Assembly: GCA_963779415.1 (NCBI GenBank) | Contig: CAVZYA010000001.1 | Coordinates: forward strand, 352,001-416,000 | Source of the DNA: an uncultured Acidobacteriota bacterium | Lineage (GTDB): Bacteria > Acidobacteriota > Thermoanaerobaculia > UBA5066 | Length of the DNA stretch: 64,000 bases | Direction of reading: 5' to 3' | Shown: positions 58,861-64,000 of the stretch, piece after piece | Layout: each line of letters begins with the position of its first letter | How positions within the stretch are numbered: the first letter of the stretch is position 1 | Made by a program: the position numbers and the translations under genes | The notes under the pieces: model-generated | What the model was told of the DNA's origin: nothing | What the model saw: only the letters and a program-made list of their open reading frames with translations | The model's database searches: none

Positions 58861-60312
58861 ATGCCTGCCGCTCCCGTTCTCGATTCCTTCGTCGCCGGCA
58901 ACCGCCGGAGGAGCGATTCCTCCTCCACGCTGCCGAGCCTCAATCCGTCGAGCCCGGCCGACGTCGTGGCGCTCGTACCCGAGGGGGCGGCCTCCGATGT
59001 CGACGCGGCCGTCTCCGCGGCGGCCGAGGCCGGGAAAGGCTGGAGCCGTCTCACCGGCATGGCCCGGGCCGAGCATCTCCATCGATTCGCCGAGGCCGTC
59101 GGCGCTCGGGCGGAAGAGCTGGCGCAGGCGATGGCCCGGGAGGTCGGAAAGCCGATCAGCGAGGCCCGGGGCGAGGCCGCCCGCGGCGTGGCGATCCTCC
59201 GTTACTACGCGGGGGAGGCCGTCCGGGAGGCGGGCTCCGTGATCCCGTGCCAGCTTCCGGAGACGCTGCAGCTGACCCTCCGCGAGCCCCTCGGCGTCGT
59301 CGGCCTGATCACGCCGTGGAACTTCCCGGTGGCGATCCCGCTCTGGAAAGCCGCTCCGGCGCTCGCGTTCGGGAACACCGTCGTCCTCAAGGCGGCCGAA
59401 GCGTCGTCGTACGTCGCCTCGCTCCTCGCCGAGACGGCGGCGGCCGCGAATCTCCCGCCCGGCGTCTTCAACGTCGTCTTCGGCCTCGGACCGACCGTCG
59501 GAGAGGCGCTCGTCTCGCATCCGCTCGTCCGGGGGATCAGCTTTACGGGCTCGGTGAAGGTCGGGGCGCGGGTGGCGGAGATCTCGGCGAGGCGAAACGT
59601 CCGCTACCAGACCGAGATGGGGGGCAAGAACGCCGCCCTCGTCCTCGCCGACGCGGATCTCGGGCGCGCGGGGGCGATGACGATCGCGGGCGCCATGCGC
59701 TTCGCCGGGCAGAAATGCACGGCCACGAGCCGCGTGATCGTCGTGAAGAAGATCTTCGACGAGTTCGTCGGCCTCCTCGCGTCGCAGGCGGCGGCGCTCC
59801 CGATCGGCCCGGTGACCGACCCGGCCGCCGCCGTCGGCCCTCTCGTCTCGGAAAGCTCCCGGACGCGCGTCGCGCGTCTCCTTTCGGGCTCTCCCTGCCG
59901 CGTCCACTCCGGGGGCGGCTTGCCGAAGGACCCGCGCTTCTCGGACGGGTGGTTTCTCTCTCCGACCGTTCTTTCGGAGGTCGATGCCGGCTCCCCGCTT
60001 CTTACGGAGGAGCTTTTTGCACCCGTTCTCGTCGCCATACCCGTGGACGATCTGGACGAGGCGATCGCGGTCGCGAACGCGACGCCGTACGGCCTCTCGG
60101 CCTCGCTCTTCACCCGCGAGGTGAAGAGCGCGCTGACCTACGTCCGGCGGATCGAGGCGGGCCTCGTCCGCGTCAACGGCGACACGACCGGAGTCGACCC
60201 GCACGCGCCTTTCGGCGGCGTGAAGGGCTCCAGCTCCGGAAGCCGGGAGCAGGGGCCTGCGGCCCGGGAGTTCTACACGGAGATCAAGACCGTCCAGATC
60301 TCGGGAGGCTGA
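58861..60312 (+). CDS. Aldehyde dehydrogenase (probable alpha-ketoglutaric semialdehyde dehydrogenase)
   Basis: PWNFP, FTGS, EMGGKN, GQKCT, EELFAP; first gene of the hydroxyproline operon. Confidence 0.88.
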   Translation: MPAAPVLDSFVAGNRRRSDSSSTLPSLNPSSPADVVALVPEGAASDVDAAVSAAAEAGKGWSRLTGMARAEHLHRFAEAVGARAEELAQAMAREVGKPISEARGEAARGVAILRYYAGEAVREAGSVIPCQLPETLQLTLREPLGVVGLITPWNFPVAIPLWKAAPALAFGNTVVLKAAEASSYVASLLAETAAAANLPPGVFNVVFGLGPTVGEALVSHPLVRGISFTGSVKVGARVAEISARRNVRYQTEMGGKNAALVLADADLGRAGAMTIAGAMRFAGQKCTATSRVIVVKKIFDEFVGLLASQAAALPIGPVTDPAAAVGPLVSESSRTRVARLLSGSPCRVHSGGGLPKDPRFSDGWFLSPTVLSEVDAGSPLLTEELFAPVLVAIPVDDLDEAIAVANATPYGLSASLFTREVKSALTYVRRIEAGLVRVNGDTTGVDPHAPFGGVKGSSSGSREQGPAAREFYTEIKTVQISGG

Positions 60313-60315
60313 AAC

Positions 60316-61272
60316 GTGAGCGACGATCTTCCCCGCACGCTGAGGATCGTCGACTCGCACACGGAAGGGGAGCCGACCCGCGTCGTCGTGGAAGGGTGGC
60401 CGCCCCTCGTGGCCCCGACGATGGAGGGGAGGCGCGAGGAGCTGGTCCGGAGGTTCGACGCGCTCCGACGGGCCGTCGTCCTCGAGCCGCGCGGACACGA
60501 CGCGGTCGTCGGGGCGCTCCTGACGCCGCCCGTCTCACCGGGCGCCACCGGGGGGGTCGTCTTCTTCAACAACGTCGGCCCGCTCTGGATGTGCGGGCAC
60601 GGTCTCATCGGCGTCGTCCGGACGCTTCAGTTTCTCGGGAGGATCGGCCCGGGGGAGGTCCGGATCGACACGCCGGCAGGACCGGTCGCGGCCCTCCTCG
60701 AGCCGTCGGGCCTCGTCACGATCGAGAACGTCCCGGCCTATTGCCACGCGAGGGACGTCGCGATCGACGTCGAGGGTCTCGGACGCGTCGTCGGCGACGT
60801 GGCGTGGGGAGGCAACTGGTTCTTCCTGACGAAGCTGGCCGGAGAGAAAGTGGAGCTTTCGAACCTCTCGCGGCTGACCTCGGCAGCATCGGCGATCCTC
60901 GACAACCTCCGGAAGAGCGGCATCACGGGGCAGGGCGGCGGCGAGATCGACCACGTCGAGATCTTCGGCCCCGCGAGCCGTCCCGACGCCGACAGCCGCA
61001 ACTACGTCCTCTGCCCGGGGGGCGAGTACGACAGGTCGCCGTGCGGGACGGGGACCTCCGCGAAGATGGCGACGCTTCACGCCCGGGGAGAGCTGGGGCT
61101 CCTCGAGAGGTGGCGACAGGAGAGCATCACGGGAAGCCTCTTCACCGGCTGGCTCACCGGGAGGGACGGCGCCCTCATCCCGCACATCCAGGGGATGGCG
61201 TACGTCACGGGAGAGACGACGCTCCATTTCGATCCGGCCGACCCGTTTCGGCTGGGGTTCTCCTCGAGGTGA
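60316..61272 (+). CDS. 4-hydroxyproline 2-epimerase (proline racemase family)
   Basis: DSHTEGEPTR, MCGH, DRSPCGTG catalytic Cys pair. Confidence 0.9.
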   Translation: MSDDLPRTLRIVDSHTEGEPTRVVVEGWPPLVAPTMEGRREELVRRFDALRRAVVLEPRGHDAVVGALLTPPVSPGATGGVVFFNNVGPLWMCGHGLIGVVRTLQFLGRIGPGEVRIDTPAGPVAALLEPSGLVTIENVPAYCHARDVAIDVEGLGRVVGDVAWGGNWFFLTKLAGEKVELSNLSRLTSAASAILDNLRKSGITGQGGGEIDHVEIFGPASRPDADSRNYVLCPGGEYDRSPCGTGTSAKMATLHARGELGLLERWRQESITGSLFTGWLTGRDGALIPHIQGMAYVTGETTLHFDPADPFRLGFSSR

Positions 61273-62384
61273 GCGTCTCCCGCTCCGACGTGGCCGTCGT
61301 CGGCGCGGGAATCGTCGGCGCCTCCTGCGCCGAGGCGCTCGCGGCACGCGGCCTCCGCGTCGAGATCTTCGAGGCGCGGTTTCCCGGCAGCGGTTCGACC
61401 GGAAGCGCGATGGGGCATCTCGTCGTCCTCGACGGCTCGGAGGCGCAGTTCGCTCTTTCCGCCTATTCCCGCGCTCTCTGGACGGAAAGGAAGGCGGAGC
61501 TTCCGGCAGAGGTCGAGGACGTGCCGGCCGGAACGCTCTGGGTAGCCGCGGACGAAGAGGAGATGGCCCATGTCCGCGGAAAAGCCGCCTTCTACGGCGC
61601 GCGCGGCGTGAAGACCGAGATCCTCGATCCGAAAGGCCTCTTCGAAGCCGAGCCGAACCTCCGCCGCGGCCTCGCGGGGGGACTCCGCGTCCCGGGCGAC
61701 CGGGTCCTCTATCCCCCCGCCGCGGCGCGCTTCCTTCTCTCGATGGCCCAGAGGCGCGGCACCCGGCTTCGCCCGGAGGAGGTTCTCGAGGTCGGGGCGG
61801 GCTTCGTCCGGACCGCGGAAGGGCGGACGGAGGCGGGGGCGGTTCTCGTCGCCGCGGGAGCCGCGTCGCCGTCGCTCCTCCCGGGGCTCCCCGTCGTTCC
61901 GAAGAAGGGCCATCTCGTCATCACCGACCGTTCCCCCGGCTTCTGCCGGCATCAGATGATCGAGCTCGGCTACCTCAAGAGCACCCACGGAGGCGCTCGC
62001 GAGTCGGTGGCCTTCAACCTGCAACCGCGGGCGACCGGGCAGATGCTGCTCGGCTCCTCCCGCGAGCTCGTCGGTTTCGACGCATCGGTGAACCGCCCGC
62101 TCGTCACCCGGATGGTTCGCCGCGCGATTGACTACGTGCCGTCGATCGGGACGCTTCCAGTCCTCCGGACATGGACCGGCTTCCGTCCCGCGACGCCCGA
62201 CAACCTCCCGCTCATCGGCGCGTGGCCCGCTCTCCGGGACGTCTGGGTGGCTGCCGGGCACGAGGGGCTCGGGATCACGACGTCGCTCGGGACGGCGAGC
62301 CTCATCGCGTCTCTCATATCGGGGGAAGCTCCGCCGATCGACCCGTCTCCCTATGCTCCGGACCGGAAGGCGCTCCATGCGTGA
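61269..62384 (+). CDS. FAD-dependent oxidoreductase (D-hydroxyproline dehydrogenase beta subunit / HcnC-like)
   Basis: VVGAGIVG, WTGFRP, GHEGLGIT. Confidence 0.85.
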   Translation: MSVSRSDVAVVGAGIVGASCAEALAARGLRVEIFEARFPGSGSTGSAMGHLVVLDGSEAQFALSAYSRALWTERKAELPAEVEDVPAGTLWVAADEEEMAHVRGKAAFYGARGVKTEILDPKGLFEAEPNLRRGLAGGLRVPGDRVLYPPAAARFLLSMAQRRGTRLRPEEVLEVGAGFVRTAEGRTEAGAVLVAAGAASPSLLPGLPVVPKKGHLVITDRSPGFCRHQMIELGYLKSTHGGARESVAFNLQPRATGQMLLGSSRELVGFDASVNRPLVTRMVRRAIDYVPSIGTLPVLRTWTGFRPATPDNLPLIGAWPALRDVWVAAGHEGLGITTSLGTASLIASLISGEAPPIDPSPYAPDRKALHA

Positions 62385-62625
62385 CGCGGTGACGATCCTG
62401 CTGGACGGGCGGAGCGTCCTCGTCCCACGCGACGCCACGGTCGCGGCCGCGCTTCTCGGCCTCGGCGTCCTGGCCTTTCGCGCATCCGTGACCGGGGAGC
62501 CGCGCGGCCCTCTCTGTGCCATGGGGGTCTGCTACGAGTGCCGGGTCACGATCGACGGAAGGCCCCAGGAGAGGGCCTGCATGACTCTCTGTCGGAACGG
62601 GATGGAGGTCTCGACCCGTGTCTGA
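62377..62625 (+). CDS. 2Fe-2S protein (dehydrogenase gamma subunit / HcnA-like)
   Basis: CAMGVCYEC...RAC. Confidence 0.88.
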   Translation: MRDAVTILLDGRSVLVPRDATVAAALLGLGVLAFRASVTGEPRGPLCAMGVCYECRVTIDGRPQERACMTLCRNGMEVSTRV

Positions 62626-63904
62626 GCCCATTCGGGCCGACGTGGCGGTCATCGGAGCGGGTCCGGCCGGCATCGCGGCGGCCACGCGGGCGGCGGAGTC
62701 GGGAGCGCGAGTCGTTCTTCTCGACGAGAACCCGTCTCCGGGGGGACAGATCCATCGTCACTTTCCGGGCGAGGCGCCTCCGGCGAAAGCCCGTCCGTGG
62801 CTCGAGCGGCTGCGAAAGTCGGGGGCCGAGGTCGTCACGTCCGCTTCTCTCTTCGATGCCGAAAGGCGCGCCGATGCATGGCACCTGCGCACGATCAGGG
62901 GGCAACGCGTAGACGTCGTTCGGGCACGGCGGCTCGTCATCGCCACCGGGGCCCGGGAGCTCTTTCTCCCGTTTCCCGGCTGGACCCTTCCCGGCGTTCT
63001 CGGCGCGGGAGCGGCTCAGGCCCTCGTGAAGAGCGGGGCCGACCTCTCGGGAAGGCGCGCCGTCGTGGCCGGTTCCGGGCCTCTCCTTCTCTCCGCGGCG
63101 GCGGCGCTCGCGAAGGCCGGAGCGAAGGTCGTCTTCGTGGCCGAGCAGGCGCCGCTCTCGAGTCTTGCTCTCTTCGTCGCCATGCTCCTCCGGACGCCCG
63201 GGAGGATCCTCGAAGGCGCGCGGTATCGCGCCGCCGTTGCCGGGACTCCCTTTCGGAACGGATTCTGGGTGAAGGCGGCGGGGGGAGACGGACGTGTCGA
63301 GCGGGCGCACGTGACGAACCAGAGACGCAAGCTGGAGGTTGCCTGCGATCTCCTCTGCGTCGGCTGGGGGCTCGTCCCGAACCTCGAGCTTCCGAGGCTG
63401 ATCGGGTGCGAGATCGGCTCACGGGGCGTCCTTGTGGCTCCGAGTCAGGAGACCTCCTCTCCCGGCGTCTTCGCCGCGGGGGAGGTCTGCGGCGTCGCCG
63501 GGGCGGAGAACGCCGTCTCCGAAGGGGAGATCGCCGGTCTCGCGGCCTCGGATTCGCTTTCGCCCTCGGGAGCGGAGATGCGGCGTCTCTTCGCGGCCCG
63601 GGAGCGCGGGCGCCGGTTCGGCGAGGCGCTCGCGGAGGCGTTCGCTCTCCGCCCGGAGGTCCTCGGCCTCGCGATGCCCGAGACGCTGGTCTGCCGCTGC
63701 GAGGACGTCTCCTTCGGCCGTCTCTCCGGCGCCCGGTCGATGCGGGAGGCGAAGCTGGAGACGCGCGTCGGGATGGGTGCCTGCCAGGGACGGATCTGCG
63801 GCAGCGCCCTCTCCCGGATACTCGGCCTCGCGCCCGACACGGTCCGCCCCCCGATCGTCCCCGTCCCGATGAGTGCGCTCGCCTCCGAGGAGGAACCGAC
63901 GTGA
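62618..63904 (+). CDS. FAD/NAD oxidoreductase with BFD-like Fe-S domain (alpha subunit / HcnB-like)
   Basis: IGAGPAG, ATGARE..PFPGW, CRCEDV, GMGACQGRIC, RPP. Confidence 0.88.
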   Translation: MSEPIRADVAVIGAGPAGIAAATRAAESGARVVLLDENPSPGGQIHRHFPGEAPPAKARPWLERLRKSGAEVVTSASLFDAERRADAWHLRTIRGQRVDVVRARRLVIATGARELFLPFPGWTLPGVLGAGAAQALVKSGADLSGRRAVVAGSGPLLLSAAAALAKAGAKVVFVAEQAPLSSLALFVAMLLRTPGRILEGARYRAAVAGTPFRNGFWVKAAGGDGRVERAHVTNQRRKLEVACDLLCVGWGLVPNLELPRLIGCEIGSRGVLVAPSQETSSPGVFAAGEVCGVAGAENAVSEGEIAGLAASDSLSPSGAEMRRLFAARERGRRFGEALAEAFALRPEVLGLAMPETLVCRCEDVSFGRLSGARSMREAKLETRVGMGACQGRICGSALSRILGLAPDTVRPPIVPVPMSALASEEEPT

Positions 63905-64000
63905 AATGGCATGGAGTCGTCCCCGCGATCACCACCCCGTTCCGGGAGGATCTTTCGATCGATCACGGCTTTCTCGGCCGGCACGCCGGGATCCTCGTCG
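63901..64000 (+). CDS. DHDPS-family protein (probable pyrroline-4-hydroxy-2-carboxylate deaminase), 3'-truncated
   Basis: VKWHGVVPAITTPFREDLSID N-terminus; GTGA overlap; operon context. Confidence 0.8.
   Translation, partial: MKWHGVVPAITTPFREDLSIDHGFLGRHAGILV

Noticed and set aside
61269-63904. hcnABC-like genes as hydrogen cyanide synthase
   Set aside because: Flanking hydroxyproline epimerase, DHDPS-like deaminase and aldehyde dehydrogenase indicate the known D-hydroxyproline dehydrogenase pathway
778-63984. Many long alternative-frame and antisense ORFs (for example 5495-7372, 49674-51590, 52655-54380)
   Set aside because: Arg/Pro/Gly-rich shadow ORFs expected from stop-codon scarcity in high-GC DNA; no motifs
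1-64000. CRISPR array, tRNA, rRNA or IS element
   Set aside because: No regularly spaced direct repeats, cloverleaf or rRNA signatures, or transposase ORFs were seen by eye; intergenic gaps are short

Overview
High-GC (roughly 68-70% by eye), gene-dense bacterial chromosomal window with about 60 CDS and no recognisable rRNA, tRNA, CRISPR array, prophage or transposase. Gene content (expanded Ser/Thr kinase-beta-propeller receptors, FG-GAP surface protein, DinB, M1 peptidase) suggests Acidobacteriota, probably Thermoanaerobaculia-like (inference). Housekeeping blocks: queD-surE-pcm-acyP, aspC-pckA-aspC, lipA-lnt-prfB (with its programmed +1 frameshift), hppD-hmgA, xerD and a 4-hydroxyproline catabolic operon. 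Several genes carry clustered indels that look like sequencing errors. Most notable: (1) an AT-rich ~19-bp motif (ATYTTCTTAGAARGTRA) recurring inside four unrelated coding genes against codon bias, with extra copies at lipA-lnt; (2) an extended sphingolipid/ceramide cluster (spt, ceramide synthase-like GNAT, two SDRs, two Aur1-like PAP2 proteins, a CPBP protease) next to nfeD/stomatin; (3) a primase Zn-finger fused directly to a degenerate DnaB-like ATPase; (4) an RND pump-TolC fusion with an internal signal-peptide-like segment; (5) an archaeal-type GAPDH-like gene; (6) widespread leaderless promoters; (7) a toxin-antitoxin-flanked pair of receptor kinases.
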